Source of the DNA: Eledone cirrhosa
Lineage: Eukaryota
NCBI GenBank assembly: GCA_964016885.1
Contig: OZ024742.1
Location: forward strand, 31,930,001-31,994,000
Length of the DNA stretch: 64,000 nt
Direction of reading: 5' to 3'
Part shown: piece after piece, positions 27,501-42,900 of the stretch
Layout: the number at the start of each line of letters is the position of its first letter
Position numbering within the stretch: the first letter of the stretch is position 1
The notes under the pieces: model-generated
Told to the model about the DNA's origin: nothing
Databases searched by the model: none
Seen by the model: only the letters and a program-made list of their open reading frames with translations
Program-made: the position numbers and the translations under genes

Positions 27501-30500
27501 TACTTAACTGTTCCTACCTAATATCTGTGGTATGTGGACTGTGGTCTCTGGTAACTCAATGTCTTCACTGTTACTTAACTGTTCCAACCTAATATCTGTG
27601 GTCTGTGGACTGTAGTCTCTGGTAACTCAATGTCTTCACTGTTACTTAACTGTTCCAACCTAATGTCTGTGGTCTGTGGACTGTAGTCTCTGGTAACTCA
27701 ATGTCTTCACTGTTACTTAACTGTTCCTACCTAATATCTGTAATCTGTGGACTGTAGTCTCTGGTAACTCAATGTCTTCACTGTTACTTAACTGTTCCAA
27801 CCTAATGTCTGTGGTATGTGGACTGTAGTCTCTGGTAACTCAATGTCTTCACTGTTCCAACCTAATATCTGTGGTCTGTGGACTGTAGTCTCTGGTAACT
27901 CAATGTCTTCACTGTTACTTAACTGTTCCAACCTAATATCTGTGGTCTGTGGACTGTAGTCTCTGGTAACTCAATGTCTTCACTGTTACTTAACTGTTCC
28001 AACCTAATATCTGTGGTATGTGGACTGTGGTCTCTGGTAACTCATTGTCTTCACTGTTACTTAACTGTTCCAACCTAATATCTGTTGTCTGTGGACTGTA
28101 GTCTCTGGTAACTCAATGTCTTCACTGTTACTTAACTGTTCCTACCTAATATCTGTAATCTGAGGACTGTAGTCTCTGGTAACTCAATGTCTTCACTGTT
28201 ACTTAACTGTTCCAACCTAATGTCTGTGGTATGTGGACTGTAGTCTCTGGTAACTCAATGTCTTCACTGTTCCAACCTAATATCTGTGGTCTGTGGACTG
28301 TAGTCTCTGGTAACTCAATGTCTTCACTGTTACTTAACTGTTCCAACCTAATATCTGTGGTCTGTGGACTGTAGTCTCTGGTAACTCAATGTCTTCACTG
28401 TTACTTAACTGTTCCAACCTAATGTCTGTGGTCTGTGGACTGTAGTCTCTGGTAACTCAATGTCTTCACTGTTACTTAACTGTTCCAACCTAATATCTGT
28501 GGTATGTAGACTGTGGTCTCTGGTAACTCAATGTCTTCACTGTTACTTAACTGTTCCAACCTAATATCTGTGGTCTGTGGACTGTAGTCTCTGGTAACTC
28601 AATGTCTTCACTGTTATTTAACTGTTCCTACCTAATATCTGTAATCTGTGGACTGTAGTCTCTGGTAACTCAATGTCTTCACTGTTACTTAACTGTTCCA
28701 ACCTAATGTCTGTGGTATGTGGACTGTAGTCTCTGGTAACTCAATGTCTTCACTGTTCCAACCTAATATCTGTGGTCTGTGGACTGTAGTCTCTGGTAAC
28801 TCAATGTCTTCACTGTTACTTAACTGTTCCAACCTAATATCTGTGGTCTGTGGACTGTAGTCTCTGGTAACTCAATGTCTTCACTGTTACTTAACTGTTC
28901 CAACCTAATGTCTGTGGTATGTGGACTGTGGTCTCTGGTAACTCAATGTCTTCACTGTTACTTAACTGTTCCAACCTAATATCTGTGGTCTGTGGACTGT
29001 AGTCTCTGGTAACTCAATGTCTTCACTGTTACTTAACTGTTCCAACCTAATATCTGTGGTCTGTGGACTGTAGTCTCTGGTAACTCAATGTCTTCACTGT
29101 TACTTAACTGTTCCAACCTAATATCTGTGGTATGTGGACTGTACTCTCCGGTAACTCAATGTCTTCACTGTTACTTAACTGTTCCAACCTAATGTCTGTG
29201 GTATGTGGACTGTAGTCTCTGGTAACTCAATGTCTTCACTGTTACTTAACTGTTCCAACCTAATATCTGTTATCTGTGGACTGTAGTCTCTGGTAACTCA
29301 ATGTCTTCACTGTTACTTAACTGTTCCTACCTAATATCTGTGGTATGTGGACTGTGGTCTCTGGTAACTCAATGTCTTCACTGTTACTTAACTGTTCCAA
29401 CCTAATATCTGCGGTCTGTGGACTGTAGTCTCTGGTAACTCAATGTCTTCACTGTTACTTAACTGTTCCAACCTAATGTCTGTGGTCTGTGGACTGTAGT
29501 CTCTGGTAACTCAATGTCTTCACTGTTACTTAACTGTTCCAACCTAATATCTGTGGTCTGTGGACTGTAGTCTCTGGTAACTCAATGTCTTCACTGTTAC
29601 TTAACTGTTCCTACCTAATATCTGTAATCTGTGGACTGTAGTCTCTGGTAACTCAATGTCTTCACTGTTACTTAACTGTTCCAACCTAATGTCTGTGGTA
29701 TGTGGACTGTAGTCTCTGGTAACTCAATGTCTTCACTGTTCCAACCTAATATCTGTGGTCTGTGGACTGTAGTCTCTGGTAACTCAATGTCTTCACTGTT
29801 ACTTAACTGTTCCAACCTAATATCTGTGGTCTGTGTACTGTAGTCTCTGGTAACTCAATGTCTTCACTGTTACTTAACTGTTCCTACCTAATATCTGTAA
29901 TCTGTGGACTGTAGTCTCTGGTAACTCAATGTCTTCACTGTTACTTAACTGTTCCAACCTAATGTCTGTGGTATGTGGACTGTAGTCTCTGGTAACTCAA
30001 TGTCTTCACTGTTCCAACCTAATATCTGTGGTCTGTGGACTGTAGTCTCTGGTAACTCAATGTCTTCACTGTTACTTAACTGTTCCAACCTAATATCTGT
30101 GGTCTGTGAACTGTAGTCTCTGGTAACTCAATGTCTTCACTGTTACTTAACTGTTCCAACCTAATATCTGTGGTATGAGGACTGTGGTCTCTGGTAACTC
30201 AATGTCTTCACTGTTACTTAACTGTTCCAACCTAATATCTGTGGTCTGTGGACTGTAGTCTCTGGTAACTCAATGTCTTCACTGTTATTTAACTGTTGCT
30301 ACCTAATATCTGTAATCTGTGGACTGTAGTCTCTGGTAACTCAATGTCTTCACTGTTACTTAACTGTTCCAACCTAATGTCTGTGGTATGTGGACTGTAG
30401 TCTCTGGTAACTCAATGTCTTCACTGTTCCAACCTAATATCTGTGGTCTGTGGACTGTAGTCTCTGGTAACTCAATGTCTTCACTGTTACTTAACTGTTC

Positions 30501-33500
30501 AAACCTAATGTCTGTGGTATGTGGACTGTAGTCTCTGGTAACTCAATGTCTTCACTGTTCCAACCTAATATCTGTGGTCTGTGGACTGTAGTCTCTGGTA
30601 ACTCAATGTCTTCACTGTTACTTAACTGTTCCAACCTAATATCTGTGGTCTGTGGACTGTAGTCTGGTAACTCAATGTCTTCACTGTTACTTAACTGTTC
30701 CAACCTAATGTCTGTGGTCTGTGGACTGTAGTCTCTGGTAACTCAATGTCTTCACTGTTACTTAACTGTTCCAACCTAATATCTGTGGTATGTGGACTGT
30801 GGTCTCTGGTAACTCAATGTCTTCACTGTTACTTAACTGTTCCAACCTAATATCTGTGGTCTGTGGACTGTAGTCTCTGGTAACTCAATGTCTTCACTGT
30901 TACTTAACTGTTCCTACCTAATATCTGTAATCTGTGGACTGTAGTCTCTGGTAACTCAATGTCTTCACTGTTACTTAACTGTTCCAACCTAATGTCTGTG
31001 GTATGTGGACTGTAGGCTCTGGTAACTCAATGTCTTCACTGTTCCAACCTAATATCTGTGGTCTGTGGACTGTAGTCTCTGGTAACTCAATGTCTTCACT
31101 GTTACTTAACTGTTCCAACCTAATATCTGTGGTCTGTGGACTGTAGTCTCTGGTAACTCAATGTCTTCACTGTTACTTAACTGTTCCAACCTAATATCTG
31201 TGGTATGTGGACTGTGGTCTCTGGTAACTCAATGTCTTCACTGTTACTTAACTGTTCCAACCTAATGTCTGTGGTATGTGGACTGTAGTCTCTGGTAACT
31301 CAATGTCTTCACTGTTCCAACCTAATATCTGTGGTCTGTGGACTGTAGTCTCTGGTAACTCAATGTCTTCACTGTTACTTAACTGTTCCAACCTAATATC
31401 TGTGGTCTGTGGACTGTAGTCTCTGGTAACTCAATGTCTTCACTGTTACTTAACTGTTCCAACCTAATATCTGTGGTCTGTGGACTGTAGTCTCTGGTAA
31501 CTCAATGTCTTCACTGTTACTTAACCGTTCCAACCTAATATCTGTGGTATGTGGACTGTGGTCTCTGGTAACTCAATGTCTTCACTGTTACTTAACTGTT
31601 CCAACCTAATATCTGTGGTCTGTGGACTGTAGTCTCTGGTAACTCAATGTCTTCACTGTTACTTAACTGTTCCAACCTAATATCTGTGGTCTGTGGACTG
31701 TAGTCTCTGGTAACTCAATGTCTTCACTGTTACTTAACCGTTCCAACCTAATATCTGTGGTATGTGGACTGTGGTCTCTGGTAACTCAATGTCTTCACTG
31801 TTACTTAACTGTTCCAACCTAATATCTGTGGTCTGTGGACTGTAGTCTCTGGTAACTCAATGTCTTCACTGTTACTTAACTGTTCCTACCTAATATCTGT
31901 AATCTGTGGACTGTAGTCTCTGGTAACTCAATGTCTTCACTGTTACTTAACTGTTCCAACCTAATGTCTGTGGTATGTGGACTGTAGTCTCTGGTAACTC
32001 AATGTCTTCACTGTTCCAACCTAATATCTGTGGTCTGTGGACTGTAGTCTCTGGTAACTCAATGTCTTCACTGTTACTTAACTGTTCCAACCTAATATCT
32101 GTGGTCTGTGGACTGTAGTCTCTGGTAACTCAATGTCTTCACTGTTGCTTAACTGTTCCAACCTAATGTCTGTGGTCTGTGGACTGTAGTCTCTGGTAAC
32201 TCAATGTCTTCACTGTTACTTAACTGTTCCAACCTAATATCTGTGGTATGTGGACTGTGGTGTCTGGTAACTCAATGTCTTCACTGTTACTTAACTGTTC
32301 CAACCTAATATCTGTGGTCTGTGGACTGTAGTCTCTGGTAACTCAATGTCTTCACTGTTACTTAACTGTTCCTACCTAATATCTGTAATCTGTGGACTGT
32401 AGTCTCTGGTAACTCAATGTCTTCACTGTTACTTAACTGTTCCAACCTAATGTCTGTTGTATGTGGACTGTAGTCTCTGGTAACTCAATGTCTTCACTGT
32501 TCCAACCTAATATCTGTGGTCTGTGGACTGTAGTCTCTGGTAACTCAATGTCTTCACTGTTACTTAACTGTTCCAACCTAATATCTGTGGTCTGTGAACT
32601 GTAGTCTCTGGTAACTCAATGTCTTCACTGTTACTTAACTGTTCCAACCTAGTATCTGTGGTATGTGGACTGTGGTCTCTGGTAACTCAATGTCTTCACT
32701 GTTACTTAACTGTTCCAACCTAATATCTGTGGTCTGTGGACTGTAGTCTCTGGTAACTCAATGTCTTCACTGTTACTTAACTGTTCCTACCTAATATCTG
32801 TAATCTGTGGACTGTAGTCTCTGGTAACTCAATGTCTTCACTGTTACTTAACTGTTCCAACCTAATGTCTGTGGTATGTGGACTGTAGTCTCTGGTAACT
32901 CAATGTCTTCACTGTTCCAACCTAATATCTGTGGTCTGTGGACTGTAGTCTCTGGTAACTCAATGTCTTCACTGTTACTTAACTGTTCCAACCTAATGTC
33001 TGTGGTATGTGGACTGTAGTCTCTGGTAACTCAATGTCTTCACTGTTCCAACCTAATATCTGTGGTCTGTGGACTGTAGTCTCTGGTAACTCAATGTCTT
33101 CACTGTTACTTAACTGTTCCAACCTAATATCTGTGGTCTGTGGACTGTAGTCTGGTAACTCAATGTCTTCACTGTTACTTAACTGTTCCAACCTAATGTC
33201 TGTGGTCTGTGGACTGTAGTCTCTGGTAACTCAATGTCTTCACTGTTACTTAACTGTTCCAACCTAATATCTGTGGTATGTGGACTGTGGTCTCTGGTAA
33301 CTCAATGTCTTCACTGTTACTTAACTGTTCCAACCTAATATCTGTGGTCTGTGGACTGTAGTCTCTGGTAACTCAATGTCTTCACTGTTACTTAACTGTT
33401 CCTACCTAATATCTGTAATCTGTGGACTGTAGTCTCTGGTAACTCAATGTCTTCACTGTTCCAACCTAATATCTGTGGTCTGTGGACTGTAGTCTCTGGT

Positions 33501-36500
33501 AACTCAATGTCTTCACTGTTACTTAACTGTTCCAACCTAATATCTGTGGTCTGTGGACTGTAGTCTCTGGTAACTCAATGTCTTCACTGTTACTTAACTG
33601 TTCCCACCTAATATCTGTGGTCTGTGGACTTTAGTCTCTGGTAACTAAATGTCTTCACTGTTACTTAACTGTTCCAACCTAATATCTGTGGTATGTGGAC
33701 TGTAGTGTCTGGTAACTCAATGTCTTCACTGTTACTTAACTGTTCCAACCTAATGTCTGTGGTATGTGGACTGTAGTCTCTGGTAACTTAATGTCTTCAC
33801 TGTTACTTAACTGTTCCTACCTAATATCTGTGGTCTGTGGACTGTAGTCTCTGGTAACTCAATGTCTTCACTGTTACTTAACTGTTCCAACCTAATGTCT
33901 GTGGTCTGTGGACTGTAGTCTTTGGTAACTCAATGTCTTCACTGTTACTTAACTGTTCCAACCTAATATCTGTGGTCTGTGGACTGTAGTCTCTGGTAAC
34001 TCAATGTCTTCACTGTTATTTAACTGTTCCTACCTAATATCTGTAATCTGTGGACTGTAGTCTCTGGTAACTCAATGTCTTCACTGTTACTTAACTGTTC
34101 CAACCTAATATCTGTGGTCTGTGGACTGTAGTCTCTGGTAACTCAATGTCTTCACTGTTACTTAACTGTTCCAACCTAATGTCTGTGGTATGTGGACTGT
34201 AGTCTCTGGTAACTCAATGTCTTCACCGTTCCAACCTAATATCTCTGGTCTGTGGACTGTAGTCTCTGGTAACTCAATGTCTTCACTGTTACTTAACTGT
34301 TCCAACCTAATGTGTGTGGTCTGTGGACTGTGGTCTCTGGTAACTCAATGTCTTCACTGTTACTTAACTGTTCCAACCTAATGTGTGTGGTCTGTGGACT
34401 GTGGTCTCTGGTAACTCAATGTCTTCACTGTTACTTAACTGTTCCAACCTAATGTGTGTGGTCTGTGGACTGTGGTCTCTGGTAACTCAATGTCTTCACT
34501 GTTACTTAACTGTTCCAACCTAATGTCTGTGGTCTGTGGACTGTGGTCTCTGGTAACTCAATGTCTTCACTGTTACTTAACTGTTCCAACCTAATATCTG
34601 TGGTATGTGGACTGTGGTCACTGGTAACTCAATGTCTTCACTGTTACTTAACTGTTCCAACCTAATATCTGTGGTCTGTGGACTGTAGTCTCTGGTAACT
34701 CAATGTCTTCACTGTTACTTAACTGTTCCAACCTAATATCTGTGGTCTGTGGACTTTAGTCTCTGGTAACTAAATGTCTTCACTGTTACTTAACTGTTCC
34801 AACCTAATATCTGTGGTATGTGGACTGTAGTGTCTGGTAACTCAATGTCTTCACTGTTACTTAACTGTTCCAACCTAATATCTGTGATCTGTGGACTGTA
34901 GTCTCTGGTAACTCAATGTCTTCACTGTTACTTAACTGTTCCAACCTAATGTCTGTGGTCTGTGGACTGTAGTCTCTGGTAACTCAATGTCTTCACTGTT
35001 ACTTAACTGTTCCAACCTAATGTCTGTGGTCTGTGGACTGTAGTCTCTGGTAACTCAATGTCTTCACTGTTACTTAACTGTTCCAACCTAATATCTGTGG
35101 TCTGTGGACTGTAGTCTCTGGTAACTCAATGTCTTCACTGTTACTTAACTGTTCCTACCTAATATCTGTAATCTGTGGACTGTAGTCTCTGGTAACTCAA
35201 TGTCTTCACTGTTACTTAACTGTTCCAACCTAATGTCTGTGGTATGTGGACTGTAGTCTCTGGTAACTCAATGTCTTCACTGTTCCAACCTAATATCTGT
35301 GGTCTGTGGACTGTAGTCTCTGGTAACTCAATGTCTTCACTGTTACTTAACTGTTCCAACCTAATATCTGTGGTCTGTGGACTGTAGTCTCTGGTAACTC
35401 AATGTCTTCACTGTTACTTAACTGTTCCAACCTAATATCTGTGGTATGTGGACTGTGGTCTCTGGTAACTCAATGTCTTCACTGTTACTTAACTGTTCCA
35501 ACCTAATATCTGTTGTCTGTGGACTGTAGTCTCTGGTAACTCAATGTCTTCACTGTTACTTAACTGTTCCTACCTAATATCTGTAATCTGTGGACTGTAG
35601 TCTCTGGTAACTCAATGTCTTCACTGTTACTTAACTGTTCCAACCTAATGTCTGTGGTATGTGGACTGTAGTCTCTGGTAACTCAATGTCTTCACTGTTC
35701 CAACCTAATATCTGTGGTCTGTGGACTGTAGTCTCTGGTAACTCAATGTCTTCACTGTTACTTAACTGTTCCAACCTAATATCTGTGGTCTGTGGACTGT
35801 AGTCTCTGGTAACTCAATGTCTTCACTGTTACTTAACTGTTCCAACCTAATGTCTGTGGTCTGTGGACTGTAGTCTCTGGTAACTCAATGTCTTCACTGT
35901 TACTTAACTGTTCCAACCTAATATCTGTGGTATGTAGACTGTGGTCTCTGGTAACTCAATGTCTTCACTGTTACTTAACTGTTCCAACCTAATATCTGTG
36001 GTCTGTGGACTGTAGTCTTTGGTAACACAATGTCTTCACTGTTACTTAACTGTTCCTACCTAATATCTGTAATCTGTGGACTGTAGTCTCTGGTAACTCA
36101 ATGTCTTCACTGTTACTTAACTGTTCCAACCTAATGTCTGTGGTATGTGGACTGTAGTCTCTGGTAACTCAATGTCTTCACTGTTCCAACCTAATATCTG
36201 TGGTCTGTGGACTGTAGTCTCTGGTAACTCAATGTCTTCACTGTTACTTAACTGTTCCAACCTAATATCTGTGGTCTGTGGACTGTAGTCTCTGGTAACT
36301 CAATGTCTTCACTGTTACTTAACTGTTCCAACCTAATGTCTGTGGTATGTGGACTGTGGTCTCTGGTAACTCAATGTCTTCACTGTTACTTAACTGTTCC
36401 AACCTAATATCTGTGGTCTGTGGACTGTAGTCTCTGGTAACTCAATGTCTTCACTGTTACTTAACTGTTCCAACCTAATATCTGTGGTATGTGGACTGTA

Positions 36501-36900
36501 GTCTCTGGTAACTCAATGTCTTCACTGTTACTTAACTGTTCCAACCTAATGTCTGTGGTATGTGGACTGTAGTCTCTGGTAACTCAATGTCTTCACTGTT
36601 ACTTAACTGTTCCAACCTAATATCTGTGGTCTGTGGACTGTAGTCTCTGGTAACTCAATGTCTTCACTGTTACTTAACTGTTCCAACCTAATATCTGTGG
36701 TCTGTGGACTGTAGTCTCTGGTAACTCAATGTCTTCACTCTTACTTAACTGTTCCAACCTAATATCTGTGGTCTGTTGACTGTAGTCTCTGGTAACTCAA
36801 TGTCTTCACTGTTACTTAACTGTTCCTACCTAATATCTGTAATCTGTGGACTGTAGTCTCTTGTAACTCAATGTCTTCACTGTTACTTAACTGTTCCAAC
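15600..36900. repeat. Large duplication, offset 12035 then 11480 bp
   Basis: CTCCGG 17114/29149, plus the CTCATTG and GTGTACT markers, recur at +12035. ORF-track markers 19011/30491, 21499/32979 and 22710/34190, and TCTTGTAA near 25381/36861, recur at +11480. Confidence 0.9.
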
Positions 36901-39900
36901 CTAATGTCTGTGGTATGTGGACTGTAGTCTCTGGTAACTCAATGTCTTCACTGTTACTTAACTGTTCCAACCTAATATCTGTGGTCTGTGGACTGTAGTC
37001 TCTGGTAACTCAATGTCTTCACTCTTACTTAACTGTTCCAACCTAATATCTGTGGTCTGTTGACTGTAGTCTCTGGTAACTCAATGTCTTCACTGTTACT
37101 TAACTGTTCCTACCTAATATCTGTAATCTGTGGACTGTAGTCTCTTGTAACTCAATGTCTTCACTGTTACTTAACTGTTCCAACCTAATGTCTGTGGTAT
37201 GTGGACTGTAGTCTCTGGTAACTCAATGTCTTCACTGTTCCAACCTAATATCTGTGGTCTGTGGACTGTAGTCTCTGGTAACTCAATGTCTTCACTGTTA
37301 CTTAACTGTTCCAACCTAATATCTGTGGTCTGTGGACTGTAGTCTCTGGTAACTCAATGTCTTCACTGTTACTTAACTGTTCCAACCTAATATCTGTGGT
37401 ATGTGGACTGTGGTCTCTGGTAACTCAATGTCTTCACTGTTACTTAACTGTTCCAACCTAATATCTGTGGTCTGTGGACTGTAGTCTCTGGTAACTCAAT
37501 GTCTTCACTGTTACTTAACTGTTCCTACCTAATATCTGTAATCTGTGGACTGTAGTCTCTGGTAACTCAATGTCTTCACTGTTACTTAACTGTTCCAACC
37601 TAATGTCTGTGGTATGTGGACTGTAGTCTCTGGTAACTCAATGTCTTCACTGTTCCAACCTAATATCTGTGGTCTGTGGTCTGTGGACTGTAGTCTCTGG
37701 TAACTCAATGTCTTCACTGTTACTTAACTGTTCCAACCTAATATCTGTGGTATGTGGACTGTAGTCTCTGGTAACTCAATGTCTTCACTGTTACTTAACT
37801 GTTCCTACCTAATATCTGTGGTATGTGGACTGTGGTCTCTGGTAACTCAATGTCTTCACTGTTACTTAACTGTTCCAACCTAATATCTGTGGTCTGTGGA
37901 CTGTAGTCTCTGGTAACTCAATGTCTTCACTGTTACTTAACTGTTCCAACCTAATGTCTGTGGTCTGTGGACTGTAGTCTCTGGTAACTCAATGTCTTCA
38001 CTGTTACTTAACTGTTCCAACCTAATATCTGTGGTCTGTGGACTGTAGTCTCTGGTAACTCAATGTCTTCACTGTTACTTAACTGTTCCTACCTAATATC
38101 TGTAATCTGTGGACTGTAGTCTCTGGTAACTCAATGTCTTCACTGTTACTTAACTGTTCCAACCTAATGTCTGTGGTATGTGGACTGTAGTCTCTGGTAA
38201 CTCAATGTCTTCACTGTTCCAACCTAATATCTGTGGTCTGTGGACTGTAGTCTCTGGTAACTCAATGTCTTCACTGTTACTTAACTGTTCCAACCTAATA
38301 TCTGTGGTCTGTGGACTGTAGTCTCTGGTAACTCAATGTCTTCACTGTTACTTAACTGTTCCAACCTAATATCTGTGGTATGTGGACTGTGGTCTCTGGT
38401 AACTCAATGTCTTCACTGTTACTTAACTGTTCCAACCTAATATCTGTTGTCTGTGGACTGTAGTCTCTGGTAACTCAATGTCTTCACTGTTACTTAACTG
38501 TTCCTACCTAATATCTGTAATCTGTGGACTGTAGTCTCTGGTAACTCAATGTCTTCACTGTTACTTAACTGTTCCAACCTAATGTCTGTGGTATGTGGAC
38601 TGTAGTCTCTGGTAACTCAATGTCTTCACTGTTCCAACCTAATATCTGTGGTCTGTGGACTGTAGTCTCTGGTAACTCAATGTCTTCACTGTTACTTAAC
38701 TGTTCCAACCTAATATCTGTGGTCTGTGGACTGTAGTCTCTGGTAACTCAATGTCTTCACTGTTACTTAACTGTTCCAACCTAATGTCTGTGGTCTGTGG
38801 ACTGTAGTCTCTGGTAACTCAATGTCTTCACTGTTACTTAACTGTTCCAACCTAATATCTGTGGTATGTAGACTGTGGTCTCTGGTAACTCAATGTCTTC
38901 ACTGTTACTTAACTGTTCCAACCTAATATCTGTGGTCTGTGGACTGTAGTCTCTGGTAACTCAATGTCTTCACTGTTATTTAACTGTTCCTACCTAATAT
39001 CTGTAATCTGTGGACTGTAGTCTCTGGTAACTCAATGTCTTCACTGTTACTTAACTGTTCCAACCTAATGTCTGTGGTATGTGGACTGTAGTCTCTGGTA
39101 ACTCAATGTCTTCACTGTTCCAACCTAATATCTGTGGTCTGTGGACTGTAGTCTCTGGTAACTCAATGTCTTCACTGTTACTTAACTGTTCCAACCTAAT
39201 ATCTGTGGTCTGTGGACTGTAGTCTCTGGAAACTCAATGTCTTCACTGTTACTTAACTGTTCCAACCTAATATCTGTGGTATGTGGACTGTGGTCTCTGG
39301 TAACTCAATGTCTTCACTGTTACTTAACTGTTCCAACCTAATATCTGTGGTCTGTGGACTGTAGTCTCTGGTAACTCAATGTCTTCACTGTTACTTAACT
39401 GTTCCTACCTAATATCTGTAATCTGTGGACTGTAGTCTCTGGTAACTCAATGTCTTCACTGTTACTTAACTGTTCCAACCTAATGTCTGTGGTATGTGGA
39501 CTGTAGTCTCTGGTAACTCAATGTCTTCACTGTTCCAACCTAATATCTGTGGTCTGTGGACTGTAGTCTCTGGTAACTCAATGTCTTCACTGTTACTTAA
39601 CTGTTCCAACCTAATATCTGTGGTCTGTGGACTGTAGTCTCTGGTAACTCAATGTCTTCACTGTTACTTAACTGTTCCAACCTAATATCTGTGGTATGTG
39701 GACTGTACTCTCTGGTAACTCAATGTCTTCACTGTTACTTAACTGTTTCAACCTAATGTCTGTGGTATGTGGACTGTAGTCTCTGGTAACTCAATGTCTT
39801 CACTGTTACTTAACTGTTCCAACCTAATATCTGTGGTCTGTGGACTGTAGTCTCTGGTAACTCAATGTCTTCACTGTTACTTAACTGTTCCTACCTAATA

Positions 39901-42900
39901 TCTGTGGTATGTGGACTGTGGTCTCTGGTAACTCAATGTCTTCACTGTTACTTAACTGTTCCAACCTAATATCTGCGGTCTGTGGACTGTAGTCTCTGGT
40001 AACTCAATGTCTTCACTGTTACTTAACTGTTCCTACCTAATATCTGTGGTATGTGGACTGTGGTCTCTGGTAACTCAATGTCTTCACTGTTACTTAACTG
40101 TTCCAACCTAATATCTGCGGTCTGTGGACTGTAGTGTCTGGTAACTCAATGTCTTCACTGTTACTTAACTGTTCCAACCTAATGTCTGTGGTCTGTGGAC
40201 TGTAGTCTCTGGTAACTCAATGTCTTCACTCTTACTTAACTGTTCCAACCTAATATCTGTGGTCTGTTGACTGTAGTCTCTGGTAACTCAATGTCTTCAC
40301 TGTTACTTAACTGTTCCTACCTAATATCTGTAATCTGTGGACTGTAGTCTCTGGTAACTCAATGTCTTCACTGTTACTTAACTGTTCCAACCTAATGTCT
40401 GTGGTATGTGGACTGTAGTCTCTGGTAACTCAATGTCTTCACTGTTCCAACCTAATATCTGTGGTCTGTGGACTGTAGTCTCTGGTAACTCAATGTCTTC
40501 ACTGTTACTTAACTGTTCCAACCTAATATCTGTGGTCTGTGGACTGTAGTCTCTGGTAACTCAATGTCTTCACTGTTACTTAACTGTTCCAACCTAATAT
40601 CTGTGGTATGTGGACTGTGGTCTCTGGTAACTCAATGTCTTCACTGTTACTTAACTGTTCCAACCTAATATCTGTGGTCTGTGGACTGTAGTCTCTGGTA
40701 ACTCAATGTCTTCACTGTTACTTAACTGTTACTACCTAATATCTGTAATCTGTGGACTGTAGTCTCTGGTAACTCAATGTCTTCACTGTTACTTAACTGT
40801 TCCAACCTAATGTCTGTGGTATGTGGACTGTAGTCTCTGGTAACTCAATGTCTTCACTGTTCCAACCTAATATCTGTGGTCTGTGGACTGTAGTCTCTGG
40901 TAACTCAATGTCTTCACTGTTACTTAACTGTTCCAACCTAATATCTGTGGTATGTGGACTGTAGTCTCTGGTAACTCAATGTCTTCACTGTTACTTAACT
41001 GTTCCTACCTAATATCTGTGGTATGTGGACTGTGGTCTCTGGTAACTCAATGTCTTCACTGTTACTTAACTGTTCCAACCTAATATCTGTGGTCTGTGGA
41101 CTGTAGTCTCTGGTAACTCAATGTCTTCACTGTTACTTAACTGTTCCAACCTAATGTCTGTGTTCTGTGGACTGTAGTCTCTGGTAACTCAATGTCTTCA
41201 CTGTTACTTAACTGTTCCAACCTAATATCTGTGGTCTGTGGACTGTAGTCTCTGGTAACTCAATGTCTTCACTGTTACTTAACTGTTCCTACCTAATATC
41301 TGTAATCTGTGGACTGTAGTCTCTGGTAACTCAATGTCTTCACTGTTACTTAACTGTTCCAACCTAATGTCTGTGGTATGTGGACTGTAGTCTCTGGTAA
41401 CTCAATGTCTTCACTGTTCCAACCTAATATCTGTGGTCTGTGGACTGTAGTCTCTGGTAACTCAATGTCTTCACTGTTACTTAACTGTTCCAACCTAATA
41501 TCTGTGGTCTGTGGACTGTAGTCTCTGGTAACTCAATGTCTTCACTGTTACTTAACTGTTCCAACCTAATATCTGTGGTATGTGGACTGTGGTCTCTGGT
41601 AACTCAATGTCTTCACTGTTACTTAACTGTTCCAACCTAATATCTGTTGTCTGTGGACTGTAGTCTCTGGTAACTCAATGTCTTCACTGTTACTTAACTG
41701 TTCCTACCTAATATCTGTAATCTGAGGACTGTAGTCTCTGGTAACTCAATGTCTTCACTGTTACTTAACTGTTCCAACCTAATGTCTGTGGTATGTGGAC
41801 TGTAGTCTCTGGTAACTCAATGTCTTCACTGTTCCAACCTAATATCTGTGGTCTGTGGACTGTAGTCTCTGGTAACTCAATGTCTTCACTGTTACTTAAC
41901 TGTTCCAACCTAATATCTGTGGTCTGTGGACTGTAGTCTCTGGTAACTCAATGTCTTCACTGTTACTTAACTGTTCCAACCTAATGTCTGTGGTCTGTGG
42001 ACTGTAGTCTCTGGTAACTCAATGTCTTCACTGTTACTTAACTGTTCCTACCTAATATCTGTAATCTGTGGACTGTAGTCTCTGGTAACTCAATGTCTTC
42101 ACTGTTACTTAACTGTTCCAACCTAATGTCTGTGGTATGTGGACTGTAGTCTCTGGTAACTCAATGTCTTCACTGTTCCAACCTAATATCTGTGGTCTGT
42201 GGACTGTAGTCTCTGGTAACTCAATGTCTTCACTGTTACTTAACTGTTCCAACCTAATATCTGTGGTCTGTGGACTGTAGTCTCTGGTAACTCAATGTCT
42301 TCACTGTTACTTAACTGTTCCAACCTAATGTCTGTGGTATGTGGACTGTGGTCTCTGGTAACTCAATGTCTTCACTGTTACTTAACTGTTCCAACCTAAT
42401 ATCTGTGGTCTGTGGACTGTAGTCTCTGGTAACTCAATGTCTTCACTGTTACTTAACTGTTCCTACCTAATATCTGTAATCTGTGGACTGTAGTCTCTGG
42501 TAACTCAATGTCTTCACTGTTACTTAACTGTTCCAACCTAATGTCTGTGGTATGTGGACTGTAGTCTCTGGTAACTCAATGTCTTCACTGTTCCAACCTA
42601 ATATCTGTGGTCTGTGGACTGTAGTCTCTGGTAACTCAATGTCTTCACTGTTACTTAACTGTTCCAACCTAATATCTGTGGTCTGTGGACTGTAGTCTCT
42701 GGTAACTCAATGTCTTCACTGTTACTTAACTGTTCCAACCTAATATCTGTGGTATGTGGACTGTACTCTCCGGTAACTCAATGTCTTCACTGTTACTTAA
42801 CTGTTCCAACCTAATGTCTGTGGTATGTGGACTGTAGTCTCTGGTAACTCAATGTCTTCACTGTTACTTAACTGTTCCAACCTAATATCTGTGGTCTGTG

